Below are positions 38,555-51,600 of a DNA stretch of 64,000 nt, piece by piece. This stretch comes from Cenococcum geophilum. Taxonomy: Eukaryota. The notes below the pieces were generated by a model. That model saw only the letters and a program-made list of their open reading frames with translations. It did no database searches and was not told the DNA's origin. The stretch lies in contig CP158635.1 of the NCBI GenBank assembly GCA_050273025.1, positions 13,330,001 through 13,394,000 on the forward strand, written 5' to 3'. Each line of letters begins with the position of its first letter. The stretch's first letter is position 1. The position numbers and the translations under genes are program-made.

Positions 38555-41500
38555 TTTAAATCCTTTCTACTCTTTTTTAAAAGGGTAGTTGGCTCTAAGG
38601 ACCAGATTATTTATCTATATCTTTTATTTATAACCACCATTCTCCCTTAAAAATCTCGCAATAACCTAAATGGAAACCCCACGGATACCTTATAGAAAGC
38701 CGTTGCGTAAAGGCAGAAAGGTCCCTCTAATAGTAAGAGATTGCGATAATATAACCCTCTAGGCAAGACGGCCGAACGAGCCCCAATACCTAGATGCTCT
38801 AGGAGCTCGAAGACTCTCGCATACCTATAGTCACCGCTAAGGAAAACGTAGATACCCTCTATAACGGTTATAACGCTACCAGAAAGCAACCGGAACCCCT
38901 CTAGCCCCACCTAGGCTAATCGGAAGATTAAGCGCCAGAGGCAACTCTAAGATCTTCCCCTAAGCTAAAAATGCCAGAGGAATATACTAACGCGTCTAAC
39001 TAGGGAACCAACCGGAACCCTCCCGGAAGACCACCGGCCTACAATTAGCATAGTAGCGGTGCATAAACTGCTTACGAGCTAAGCGGGCCTACCCCTTTAG
39101 GTAATCTAAGCCAATTACTAACTTAGGACCTAAGCCTTATTGGGAAGCTTATACCAGCTACTAGTACTAACACTACCTCTATAGTAGAAGCCTCCCTAGG
39201 CCCAAGTTTGGAAGGTTAAGAGCCCTATACTAATCTCCTTTAAAATAGATATTGGGAAGCTATTATAAGGCTCTTAAAAGCTATACGGGAGGAAGCTACT
39301 AATAAACATATTAAAACCCTTTAAGGGTAAATCTAGATCTAGTAGGGTCTAATCTAAGCCAGGTAAATTCTTTTATAACCTAGTTAAGGCTAAGGGCTTC
39401 CTAGGAGCTACCTAGTACCTACCTAAAGAGGTGTAGAAAACTTAGAGAGTTATTTACGCTATAAATAGAAAAAGGATATAGACTAACTAGCTAAGGCCTC
39501 TAGTAATTTAGAACTCCGCTATAGACCTAACGCCTAACAGTTAGACGATTGGGTTCGTAAGGTAGACAACTTCTTTAAGATACTAATAATACGAGATAAT
39601 ACCAAAGAGCGTATACGCTAGATTATTAGCAAGATTAAAGACCAATCACTAAACTAGATTACACTTAATTAGCTTAATAAAAAGCAAATTACTATATAGC
39701 TATAGCTGTAAACCTTCCTAAAGAAATAGACTTAAGATCCGTATATTATATAATATAATAATATAAAGCTATTCTAGAATGGGACATAGCTAAACCGCCA
39801 TAACTTCCGCCAGTTTATAAACTTCGTAGAAACTTATGCTTAATAGATAAATCTAGAGCCCTTTAAAAACAAGGACGGTAGCATCTATAAGAAGGAGAAG
39901 ATCGGGTTTATCTAGGCTAGAATTAAGCTAGCAATTCGTGACAAAATAAAGCGCGTGGGAGCCCTATTGCGGATCACTATATATACGGATTTTAAACGAG
40001 CAGTTCTAAACGCTAAAGACATAGTAAGGAACTAGACCTCTTCCAGTAGGAAGCTAGGGGGTCACTAAAAGCGCGGGCACTTTAGTAGTAATATAGGGCA
40101 GACCTAACCTTTAAAGAAGCCGTTCTTAAAGAGAACTTTAAAAGGGTTAAAGTTAGGAACCTTAAATAACGGGAAAGACTTCTAGGGCCAACCTAACACC
40201 CATCTAGCACCTTTATAGAAACACTCTAAGAAGTTAAGAGAAAACTCTAAAGGCAGATCTTATTAGAAAAACAAGTAGGGCAATAACCGCACTAACAATC
40301 TAAAAAAAGAAAAGCCCTAGTTACGGACCTCTTCTGGCTATAACTAGGGCAAGATATAAAAAAAGAGACTCTCTATATTACTATTAAGCTAGAAATAACA
40401 CTCCCTATGGGTAAGATATAACAGTTCTAAGCACTATACAACAGCGGCGCCGAAATCAATCTCATACAATATAATTTGGTAAAAGAGCATAAACTTATCC
40501 TATTATAAAGGTGGCGAAAACCTATTATAGGCTTCCTAAATAAGTATTAGATTAAGCTATATAGTACCCATAAGCTTATAGTGTTAGTAGCCAATATATA
40601 TAACTATACTAAGGCGGTCGGCCCGTAACCCTTCTAGGCGGCTAACTTCATAGGTTACAACCTTATCCTTAGATACCCTTGGCTTACAAAAGTAGATCTT
40701 AAGATACACTTTAAAACAGGAGCCTTTAAATAATAGAATAATAAAAATTCGGAAGGGCGCATATTACTAACAAGCCTAAAGGACATTCTAAAAATATAGC
40801 CCTAGGCAAAATAGTATACGCTCTATACCTAAAGAAGTATCAGATCTAACCCCTATTTAATAGCAAGATAGGTATAGAGCTTAGTATAGGTAATAACCCC
40901 TCTATAATAGAGACCCTATAGGGAACTACCGGATAAGTCGCGGAGACATTACAGGGAGGCAGCAATCTTAAGGATCTTATAAGATACTTTAACCGCCATG
41001 GGTTACTCTAGCTCAAGCAATATGCAAAGAGTATACTACAGTACCTCAAACGCTACGTTAAGGAGTTCCCTACCCTCTATTAGCTACTATATAAAACGGT
41101 TTAATATACGGTGGCAACTATATATAAGCAACTACTATAGCATATAACGCTGCCCGCAAGTATTCTAAGGGAGCTCCGGGACCTACTTAATAATAACGCG
41201 GAGAACAAACGCGACCCCAATTTATTAAATATTCCAGTAGGCCTAAGGGACTTACTAAGGGTATTTTCAGGCAGGAGAGCTAAAGTCCTACCATAGAACT
41301 CAGAGTACGATCACGTAATTAATCTAAAAGAAGGTAAATAACCACCAAACCTTTCTATTTACAACCTCTCGCGTAAAGAGCTTAAGATCCTATAGGAGTA
41401 CCTTAATAGCTTACTAGAAAAGGGATGGATCCAGCCCAGTAAGTTACCATTAGGCGCGCCGATCCTCTTTATCCCAAAACCAAATAGAACTATAAGGCTA

Positions 41501-44500
41501 TATATAAACTATCGCGGTCTTAATAAGATTATAATTAAGAACCATTACCTACTACTACTAGTTAGTAAAATGCTAGATCGACTATTTAGGGCAAAGATCT
41601 TTACAAAGTTAGATTTACAAGACGCCTATTATAGGCTCCGTATTAAAGAAGGAAATAAGTAGAAAACCGCTTTTAAGACCTAATACAGCCACTTTAAGTA
41701 TCTAGTGATGCCTTTTAGGCTAGCTAATGCGCCTACGACATTCTAATTGTATATTTACAGAGCCTTAGGGGGACTAGTCGACCGCATATACGTCATCTAT
41801 TTGGATAACATCTTAATCTACTTAAAAGACAAGAATTAATACAAGTAACACGTCCACAAAGTACTAGAACGTTTAGATAATTAGGGCCTCTACGCTAAAG
41901 CGTTAAAATATATCTTTAATACTAAGTAGGTCAAGTTCCTGGGTTATATCATAACGCCTATAGGTGTAGTTATGGACCTAGTACGGGTGCAGACAATTTA
42001 GAAGTGGCTAGAGCTAGAGAGCTATTAGGATGTTTAAGTGTTCCTAGGCTTTACCAATTTCTATAGGCGCTTTATCTATAACTACTTAGACGTCGCCCGA
42101 TACCTATCCAACTATATTATAAAAGCTTCCTAAGACCCAACCTAAGGAGTAAAAAGCTTAAAGGCGGTAAGGAAGAAAACTAAGAAGGGACTAACTAAAT
42201 AGTATAAGCCATAGTTATAGCCCGGAAAGGTTTAGGAGGCCTTTTAGGAACTTTATATAAAGTTTACGGAAGCTCTATTACTGCGGCATTTTAACCTAGA
42301 TTAGCCATTAATAATAATCACTAATATATTAAATTTTGCCCTTACTAGTATCCTACTATAACCTAATAGGCATCCGGACGCTACCTAGCTCTATTAAAGA
42401 CTAGTAGCATTTTATAGCAGAAAATTCTAGGGACCTAAAGTTAGGTATTATACCCACGATAAGGAACTACTGGCTATAGTCAACTGCTTTAAATAGTGGC
42501 AACATTACCTTAAGCACGCGAGCTATACCACTTATATACTCTTAGATCACCATAATTTACGCTACTTTATAACTATAAAGGAGCTTATACCTTAACAAGC
42601 TAGATAGGCAGAGGAGCTTATACAATTTAATTTTAAAATTAAATATAAGCTAGGGGAAAATAACCCTACTAATAGACTGTTATAACGGCCAGACTATACC
42701 AAAGGCTTTAAAACGGGAGAAGGAAAACAGATAATAGATATCTTACTCCCTATATTATAAAACAAGCTCTAGGTATAGGATGCTTAAACACCCATAGCTC
42801 CATATACTAAGTCTTAGGCGGTATAAGCCCTATTAGTTTCCACTAACGTTCCGGCTAGTACCCGGTCCGTTACTAATAAGGGTCCAAATATACCTAGACA
42901 GGACGTTCCCAATATATTCTCGGAACCTAGTAATACACCATCCCTAATTACTAAGCTATCCCCTTAAACTAATAGCAAAGCCATAGAGCAATCGGAACTT
43001 AGAGCCCTATAATAACTAAAGGACTTTAATTTCATAGCGGCCTTCCTAATATATACGCATTAAAGAGTTGCAAGATCCATGGTACTATCTAGTCTTATAC
43101 TTAAAGCAGTATAGGACGAAATAGCTTTTACCTAGGAACCATCCAAAGGGTTAACGGATCTCATCCGTAAGGTGCAATAGAGGGACGCTTTCTATGCTAT
43201 TCTTAATACGGAAGTAGACTAGAAATATAACGGAAAGGAAGCTGCTAGGCGCTACCATTAGGAACTAAACCCGATGGGCCTACTACATAGAGGTAGCAAG
43301 GTTTAGGTGCCATAAAAAGCAAATCTACAATAGAAGATTCTTATAAAGAATTACGATAATCCTCTAGGCGGCCACTATGGTTAAGCAAAGATAGTAGAAT
43401 TACTTTAGCGTAAATACTATTGGCTAAGGCTTAATTAAGAAGCAAAGGAGTATATTAGCTATTATAAGAAGTGTTAAGTATACAAGATCCGTAGGTATAA
43501 GCTATAGGGTCTACTTAAATTAGTTCCCCCTACTAGTAAGCCATAGTAACATTACGCCATAAACTTTATTACGGATCTCCCGCCATCTAAAGATAGCTAA
43601 GGACGAATATACAATTTAGTCCTCGTACTTATTAATAGGTTTTTAAAGTACGTCTAATACCTTTCCATTAATAAGACAATTAACGCACAAAAGCTTACCA
43701 ACCTAATTAAGAAGAAATGCTTTCTTAAAGTAAATTAGCCGCACTCTATTATTACTAATAGGGGCAGCGTCTTTATAAGCCAGTACTAGTCGGATCTATA
43801 CTTCCATTTAAAGATAGACTACTATTATAGTACAGCTTTCTACCCGCAGATAGATAGGCAAACAAAACACCAGAACTAGGAACTGGAGTCTTACCTACAG
43901 ATATATTTAAACTACTAGTAAGACAACTAGTGCGAGCTACTTCCGTACACGGAGTACGCTTACAATTTAAAGCAATATATATTATATAAGTATGCACCAA
44001 TCCAGATTGCCTATAGCGTCTAACTATTTAGGTTTAATAATATACCCAACGATTACTAGCTAAGGCCGCATAATTAGTTATAGGATCCTACCGGGAAGTC
44101 TAAAAACATCTACCAGAGAGTATAAGGATACCTCCAGGAATAGAAAAAACAATAAAAGTATGCGAAGTAAAGCCTATAAGATGCCTAAGAGCAGCAGAGA
44201 CTTTAATACAACCGTAAGCACCAGGATAAGTATTTCGGAGTAGGCGATAAGGTTCTATTACATTTAACAAATATTAAGACCTGTTAACCATCAAAGAAGC
44301 TTAATATAAGATACCTAGGTCCCTTCTAAGTTAAGGAACAAATTAGTAAGCTAGCCTATTGTCTCTAGCTACCCCCATCTATAGCCTATATACATCTAGT
44401 GTTTCACATAAACCTACTAGAGCTATAGCATAAACCACTACTAGAAAAGAACTTCCATCTAGGCCTAATTAAACACCCTAAGGTGGTGGGCGAGCGGTAC

Positions 44501-47030
44501 GAGGTTAAAGCTATACTATACCATAAGTCTATTAAGAACAAGCTTTAATTTAAAGTTAAATGGCTAGGCTAGCCTGCTAAGGACTCTATATAGGAACTAG
44601 AGGATTACCTTAATTATTACGAAGATATTCTAAAAGAATATTAGGACTAAGGTCTACAATCTATAAATCGCAGAAAGCGCTCTAATACTATAGTATTATC
44701 GCAACCTATAAAGAAAGCTCACGAAAAGAGTAAATAGGTTAAATCAGATATAGAACGGACAAGCTCCGGAAACCATAAGGATTAGGGCTATATAGCCTAA
44801 GGTAGGACAGGTCCTTAGCCTTTTTATATATATAGCATAGAGTTAATAGGGCATTTTGCTAGAATTGCATTCCTATTTATTAATTTATACTAGAAATATT
44901 ATTCCTAGGGCTTCTAAGCCCTTCCTAAAAGCCTTCCAAGGCCTTCCCAAGCACCTAATTAAGGTCCTTAATTGCTACTATATATAAGAACAAATCCTAA
45001 AAGTCCAAACCACAAATGCCCAATCTAAAAAGCCACTACGCCCCATTATTATCAGGAGTAGGATTAGTATCCATCGGGCCACCAAGTGATGGCTAACAAG
45101 AATAGGATCCAGATGTCTTAGTAGGCGTATAAGTAGGCATAAAAACAGGGGTAAGATAATAAGGTATAGCTAGAGCAGAGACTCTTAAACGCTTAATACT
45201 AACATTAGGTCCAAACCAATACCAACAAAGCTCTTATGGCGTAAGCTTATAGTTAATAAAGACACGCTTAAGCCTAAAATAAATAGAGATGTTAGCTAGC
45301 TAGCACAGTCCAAAACCACCAAGACCTTGCTACGGCAACCGTTAGTTACCTATCCGCTAGGTACCCGAAGGGTAACCTACCTAATACCGCATTATATTAT
45401 GCTCTTTTAAAACTTAACGCGTATACGCGAACTCCTTCCTATAGTAGACGGCAACCTTCTTCTTATTACCCCCATCCCTTACCCTATCCTCAGTATACTA
45501 ACCTTACTCTTATATTAGGCGTTACTAGCTAGCTTACTAGGAATTATAGGCAGTATAGATAGCCGTGGCATAGTCTTAAATTCAGCTAAGTCGTTTAGCA
45601 TTTATGCTAAAATAAGAGAGAGCCCAGGCAATATAGTAGTTAAGGACATTAAAGGAACGTCGCCACTTAGGCCCAGGCTATTATTAAAGCTTAAAGTTAG
45701 CAATGGAAATCTATTAAGAATAGAAAAACTCACCTTAACGCAACTACCGCTCTTAGTACGTATGCATTAATTATAAGGACTAAAGGTATTAGATCTAACG
45801 TAGTGCGTCTTATTACAAGCCTCCAGAATCCTGTTATTAGATTTCTAGTCTTTTAAAGATATACAGGCAAAATTATTTAGGTAGGACCAGCACTAGTTGC
45901 GGGTTAGTAGGGGTTAGGGTTCCATATATAAAGGTAGGGCCAGGATACGCTATAGAATTTGCTTAAAAGAGTAGTTAGTAGGAGAATAAAGAGGTATATT
46001 AAATTATTAATGAAAAAGAAGAAAATCTTAATAATATATTGAAGATACGTCTAAAATTGGACGACGGTTGATGGCGAGAAGTAAGGTATTTAAGAAAAGG
46101 AGCAGCTTAATAAGCAAAGTGTCTTTATACTTTACCTTCCAATACCCTTCCGGTAAATAGCCGCAACCTTACCAATATAACTCCGTTATAATAGCGCTAT
46201 TTAGAAGAAAGGAAACACGCGTATAAGTTATTTAACCATTACCTCCTTATAAAAACTAACTACGCGGCTGGGGGAAGGCAATTAAGATGTTAAATCAAAG
46301 ACGCATATAGGTTAAATTAGGCCTAAAACGATACTACAGTATTAAAGAATAACGTTATAGACGTTTTTAATAATTATACAATAGCTATAATTACTATCGC
46401 AAAATGTCCCTATTTGCTAGGCAGTAGAGCTACACTAAATATACGGTATAGGACTACTAGATTTAAAACCATATACACCAAATCTTAAGAGACAAGTCTC
46501 TTTAACTAACTAATTAATACCTTAACCGCATCTAATAACCTAAGGGCAAATGCGGGAGCAATGCGTCAGTGACGTAGGGGATTATAAGAAAAGATTATAG
46601 ACCATATTTTAGCAGTTAAAGACGACGGCAAGCCAAGGCTTCGTACGTTAAATCCCATACCAAAGGTTCTACGGAACTATACTAAAACACCAAATTACCT
46701 ATAATACTCATGATTAATTATAGACCGGCATAAAGGCTTAGAAGCAGAGTTGTATAAAAATCCCTATATTAGCCTAGGTAGTCACCAGCATGCTTCTAGT
46801 AGGCTTCCAATAGGTCTCCTAGCAATCCTCGCGTCTTTTCTCCAGTTATATTTTTTCCTTATTAAGGTTTTTTAGAAGTTTAAAGCAGGGGTTAGATAGA
46901 TAGATAATATACAGCGGTATACCAACACCTCTCTAATATCTCTCCGAACCTCTTCTGGGATAAGCCCTTATAATCTCCCTACCGTAAGGTAATAGCGATC
47001 GGGGGCCGACCGTAAGAAGGGGGGGGGTAA

Positions 47031-47245
47031 TGTAAGGGATATTATTGCGGACACCTTAGGTTGCCCTTAGGACAACCCCCGGACGCCCCTTGGATGGTCA
47101 CCGGTTACGTACCAAAGGTACGTGCCCGTAGTATATAGTCTCCACGATCCCAAAGGTCTTACCTCCTTAAGGATTCGTCTCTCTCACCAATCTATCCTGT
47201 TCCAATCGTGTCCTTATAGCCCCCTGTCTACAAGATCCCCTCACA
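47031..47245 (+). repeat. 3' LTR, gypsy family B
   Basis: Follows the PPT and is followed by the TSD ATAGC. Confidence 0.96.
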
Positions 47246-47297
47246 ATAGCCAAGTAAAAGCTCTAAAAGAAAAGGTAGGAGGAGGCCCAGAAGCAAA

Positions 47298-47371
47298 AGG
47301 ATATTAAGGTAGATGAGGATATTAAGGTGGATGAGGATATTAAGGAGGATAAGGATATTAAGGAGGATAAG
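47298..47371 (+). repeat. 18-bp minisatellite (about 4 copies of AGGATATTAAGGWRGATR) in the acidic MULE C-terminus
   Basis: Directly visible tandem repeat that translates to acidic hexapeptides. Confidence 0.8.
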
Positions 47372-47929
47372 CAGCAACCGTTTAACGAGCCGTTGGTGCT
47401 ATATAACGAAGTTTTAGGGGGGTTAGAGGATAAGGTGGTTATTTTAGAAGCAAAGAACAACGACTTGTGGCTTAATAACGCGGAAGTACTCCAAGGTACC
47501 ATATTAGACGACCCTCACCAAAATATTAGTAAGAAGGAGCCTATCGCGAACTATTTGGCATCTAACAATTATTAAGAGCCGCCACCTCTCCTACTCTATT
47601 AATTTGGCAGAGCGGCGCGCACTAGAGCTTGGAGGACCTATACTTAATTAGCCCGTGGTAATTTTATATTAATCTTAAGTAATACTAATAAGGGTCCTAG
47701 TGATACCAAGCTAAAAGAGATTATTATTCCATTAAAATTAAAGCGACTATAATAGGGAGCTTCTATAGACGCGTATAAGGCTTATAAAGCTAGTATACTT
47801 GCTATTAGGTCCCCTTAGGCTAAGCGAACGCGTAGTAATAAAAAGGGAAAAGATCCTATTAAAATAGACGGCCGAATATTGGAGTATTATATATGTAAAT
47901 AGTGCTTTGTTATTTAAATTAAGTTCGCG

Positions 47930-47989
47930 ATAGTGGCCCGTGCGTAACTTAGTAAGCGCTTACTAATCTTGAATGTGTGGGATGAATGT
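47930..47989 (-). repeat. 60-bp terminal inverted repeat, right copy (less mutated)
   Basis: Inverted copy of 35146-35205; retains the TpG dinucleotides lost on the left. Confidence 0.92.
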
Positions 47990-48227
47990 GCCCAGAGACT
48001 GCCCGTATCTGGAGCCTTACCGAACAGTCGACTCAATTACAGATTCAAATGAGCCACGGTAGTAGCCGCCACTAATTACAAAACGGGTGACACTAAAAGG
48101 CGCGCGGATTGGTGTAGAGGCGATTTGCGGCCGAACAGCCCGTCACCCAAAATTATACCAAAATCAGTTAACTTTATATATATTAATAACTTCACCACTA
48201 CTTAATATAATTTTTATTAAAGTTATA

Positions 48228-48334
48228 ACGTGAGCGATAGGGTTATGACGGTTCCTAACAATTTCCTCTGTGCGTAGTTTTGATCATAACTATGCCGACC
48301 GCCATAACCCTATCACCTACGTTATCGCTCACGT
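48228..48334. mobile_element. Tiny Fot1/pogo-like MITE or deletion derivative (107 bp)
   Basis: TA|ACGTGAGCGATA ... TATCGCTCACGT|TA gives a perfect 12-bp TIR with TA flanks. There is also an internal inverted copy of GATAGGGTTATGRCGGT. ACGT termini with a TA TSD are typical of fungal Fot1-type elements. Confidence 0.65.
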
Positions 48335-48624
48335 TAAAATTTTTACGGGATAAACAGAATTTTTTATGGTGGGCCTGATTAAGCGAGATTTAGGTGAGCT
48401 CTTAGCGTGGTCGGGTGAAGTAAGGCCTCGTCCCCTCCAAAAATATTTTTTTATTGATACACCACCTCCATGAATATGCGAGACTGATTGATGCGCTTAT
48501 AGGAAATACAGATATGGTTTCTGAGACTCTTATGGACCATACAAAACTATCATAACTGTAGCACTGAGATAATAATGGTTTAGCACTTATTCCTATGCTT
48601 TCAGAACCTTAACACGATTAAAAG

Positions 48625-51600
48625 ATGTCTGGTTCCCTAAGCTCACGATCTGTTCCTGTGGATGAGGATACTCTCCGCGCACTCAGTAAAAGTGTGTCTA
48701 AACTTGTTCCAGATGGTGACAATTCTGAGAGCATCAGTTCTGAGAAAGTAAAGTAAGATCTGTGAAATCCTGAAGGCCAGTTGACTACAAAGACAGCAAC
48801 CTCTAGTTACTGACATTTGTTTATTGCCAGGCAATTGGAAGGGGTCATCGACTGCCTTTTGCAAACGGCCGCGCTTGTGAATATCTCAGCTGCACATCGT
48901 GCTGCAGCATGCAATTCACTTTGTGCCATTATTGAACGTTGTCAGCTTTCTACAGATGAGGGGTTTCACGGTATTGTCTGGGAGAATGATCTGTGGACAA
49001 GGCTTTTTGAAATCTTCCTCGAACGTTCAGACAATGCGAAAGCAAAGTCAATGAGACAGGTTTTACTCGTCCTAACTGGGATGCTCTTGAAAGACGCCCC
49101 GCCGCAATCTTCTGACCTCCAAGATGACGCGGTATCCCGACTTCTCGATATTATTTGCAAATACCAAAATCGCACGAAAATTAAGCCAGCGCTGCAAGCA
49201 CTGGCTCACTTCATATCAAAAGATCTTATCTCAATCAACCAGCTCGTTGATATTCATCGGAATTATTCCGGGGATGGCACCGACCCAGATGGAGGATTGA
49301 GCGCGTACCAGCTCTTGTTGCGTCAATTCCTTGCTTGGGTACGGCATCATGACACTGCGCCCGCAGCCAGTCACCTTATCACGAATTTCCTCACCAAATC
49401 CACTCCACAGCGAAGATGTGCAGAAGAGAAAACAGGAGTACTTGCGGTGTGGATAGAACCGCTAGAGGGCAGCATTCGAGATTCTCCGGAGGCGATTAAC
49501 GAATTCAAACATCATGTCTTCCCTGAAGTATTTCGCCTTGGCCTGGACGGCTATCTGCAATTTCTATGTCATCTTCAACTTGATCGTCACCTAGGAATAA
49601 AGTCTACCATCCACTCACCGAATCCAAGCGTGTTTACTGCCAACGGCTGTTTCGAATTAACGCTCCTGTTCGCAGCCCTACAGGTAGGCAAAGAGTTGGG
49701 ACTGGTCGAGGATGTCGGTTGGTTACTCTCCCTTACCTGATAGAAGTCCGCCACTGACGGACCAAGATTACGAGACCTTTAAAACCGTTGAAGTGCAAGG
49801 AGGGGCTCTGAAAATCCCGGATATTTTATTTGGGCGTCTTTTAGCCCATACCTTACCGGCTGTAAGGCTTGCTGCCCTTTCTTTACTCGTATCTTCTACC
49901 GCTGTCACAAGACCAATCACCAGTGGCACTTTTCAGTGCCTAAAGCGGCACCTTTCACATCTCCATGCAGAAACGGATGCAAACTTTCGCGGAGAATTGT
50001 TAAGTCTCATGCAACGTCTCTTCGGCCGCTTAAGAGCATCGATCGCTACTTTAAGTAAAGCTCTTGCAAACAACCGGACTTCTCCAAAGCCGATCAGCAG
50101 CCAAGGGGTAGTAGCCGGAAGAGGCAATGAGTTGTCTTCATGCGAAATCCTCGATAAGTTGCAGTGCCATACAGAATTCGTTTCATGGTACCTCCAGTTT
50201 CTTTCCCTGGAACTTCGGCCGACATCATCTTATCAACGGCACATATTAGCACTGAAATCACTGAATTTCGTGCTGAAGTCCGGGTTGGATTCCAGCATTC
50301 CACATCGGAATCTTTCTAAGCAAGCACAAGGATATTTAAAATGGGAACACCAATGGGACGTATTTAGTCCTCGGCTTGTTAGATTATTGTTTGACCTGAT
50401 GCTCGATCCGTTTGACGATGTACGGAATGGGGCAGCGTTGAATCTAAAGCTGAAGTCTGAAAGATTTGGCAAAGATTTAACAGTTGTGACACTCCGAGTC
50501 CCTACTACCAGCACGTGTTCATCTTTAGTATTAGGGCCTACGAGGTTTCGGTATGTTGAGCTAGCAAATGTTGTTCAGTTCATAGGAAGAGCGGAGACAA
50601 TGATGCTTCGAACAGGCCGAGCAGATCATGCTGATGGCGTAGCACGTGCGTACGAATATGCCTTCTCACAGTGTGCTGTCGCATTACAATTAAACAGAGA
50701 AATGAAGCAGACAGAGGAGCATTGGTGGAGTACCAAATCTGGTGTTGTAATTCATTTGATAGAGCAGTTGGAAAGAACAATAGCAATCGCGAGCAGAAAT
50801 TTATCAACAGCCGTTAACGGATATCCAGTACACGGTATATTTGCTAGTTTTAGGTATGAATCACGGCGCGTCTTGACGTAGCTTGACTAATGCTAGCTAG
50901 ATATATCGTCGATCTACCCGAATTTTACCCCTTGCTGAACACGTTTTCGCGAGAGGAAATCCAGCCGTGGAAGGACATACACCGGCGCATCTTCGTTTGT
51001 CTTGAGTCCATTTGGTCCTGCGTTAGGGAGGTACTGTGTAGTGATGCTCCCGAAGGCCATGTTCCGGAAGAATTAGAAGATGAACTTGAGATAAATACCA
51101 AGGATATTTTAAGTTATTCGTGGAGGGCTCTTAAAGAAGCAAGGTGCGTAACCTATCAAGTTCACCCTACTTTGCTTACAAACGTAGTGCTCTCCTACGG
51201 GCCGTAATATCTAAAGCTTCAGTGTGTACTTCGTCAAGAGATTCCATTCTCGAACCATCGGATTTCAATATTCTTGGAAAGCTATGCTTTGCTCAGCTGG
51301 CGGAACTTCGACATCGTGGCGCATTCTCTACAGTGTCACAGACATTTGCTGCCTGCTGCTCTCGCTGCATTGGAATGGATAATGTCTCAATCCAAGAGCT
51401 GCCGAACCTTTGGTATCAAGTAAGGCTGAATTCCTACTCTTCTATCTGAGATAACTGATTGAACAGGACGCGCTCCTATGTATTCGTAATAAGGCTTCCA
51501 TGATAACCCGCCGTTCAGCCGGCATACCTTCATTAATATCAGGCATCGTAAGCGCTGAGCCTGGCGGTCGACTTTTTAGAAAAGCTATGGGAGATCTTTT

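Larger units (their letters stand above)
38340..47245 (+). mobile_element. Ty3/gypsy chromovirus family B (complete, RIP-inactivated, ~8.9 kb with a long 3' extra region)
   Basis: 215-bp LTRs at 38340-38554 and 47031-47245; TSD ATAGC (38335-38339, 47246-47250); PPT aagaagggggggggg ending ~47027. Protease DSGAEIN ~40440, RT DYRGLN ~41507, MPF.LANAP ~41708, YLDD ~41797, RNase H HDKELLA ~42455, integrase FHPQ.D.QT ~43837 and chromodomain ~44500-44640. Confidence 0.96.
35900..47880 (+). pseudogene. Mutator/MULE transposase, RIP-degraded, interrupted by gypsy family B
   Basis: FAR1/WRKY-like N-terminal region (QDYAFSKGF...GCKH..K.TRNYRKL...NCGW, ~36090-36295). DDE core IDATFNT (~36821), PKVIIADF.KGLAAA (~36992) and LQYC.WHA (~37067). 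Probable intron from 37336. SWIM finger CDC....YGLPC.H (~37855-37900). The acidic C-terminus resumes after 47250. The start is approximate. Confidence 0.88.
1..47989. other. RIP-degraded transposable-element block (likely heterochromatic)
   Basis: Strong TpA excess and CpA/TpG depletion, with frequent TAA/TAG stops inside recognisable TE motifs. Paired repeats differ mainly by C>T and G>A (LTR start tgtcacgg at 22389 vs tgttatgg at 29118). Composition returns to normal after ~48.4 kb. Confidence 0.95.

Noticed and set aside
47298..47371. CRISPR-like array
   Set aside because: Contiguous 18-bp coding minisatellite without spacers, in a eukaryotic genome.
9519..47575. Short ORF-track entries inside the TE block
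   Set aside because: They are chance stop-free fragments of RIP-destroyed genes, antisense frames or LTR sequence, not independent genes.
1..47989. Alternative genetic code or stop-codon readthrough as an explanation for the many in-frame TAA/TAG
   Set aside because: The stops sit at expected CAA, CAG, TGG and CGA positions and differ between copies of the same element. The neighbouring host genes use the standard code, so RIP explains them.
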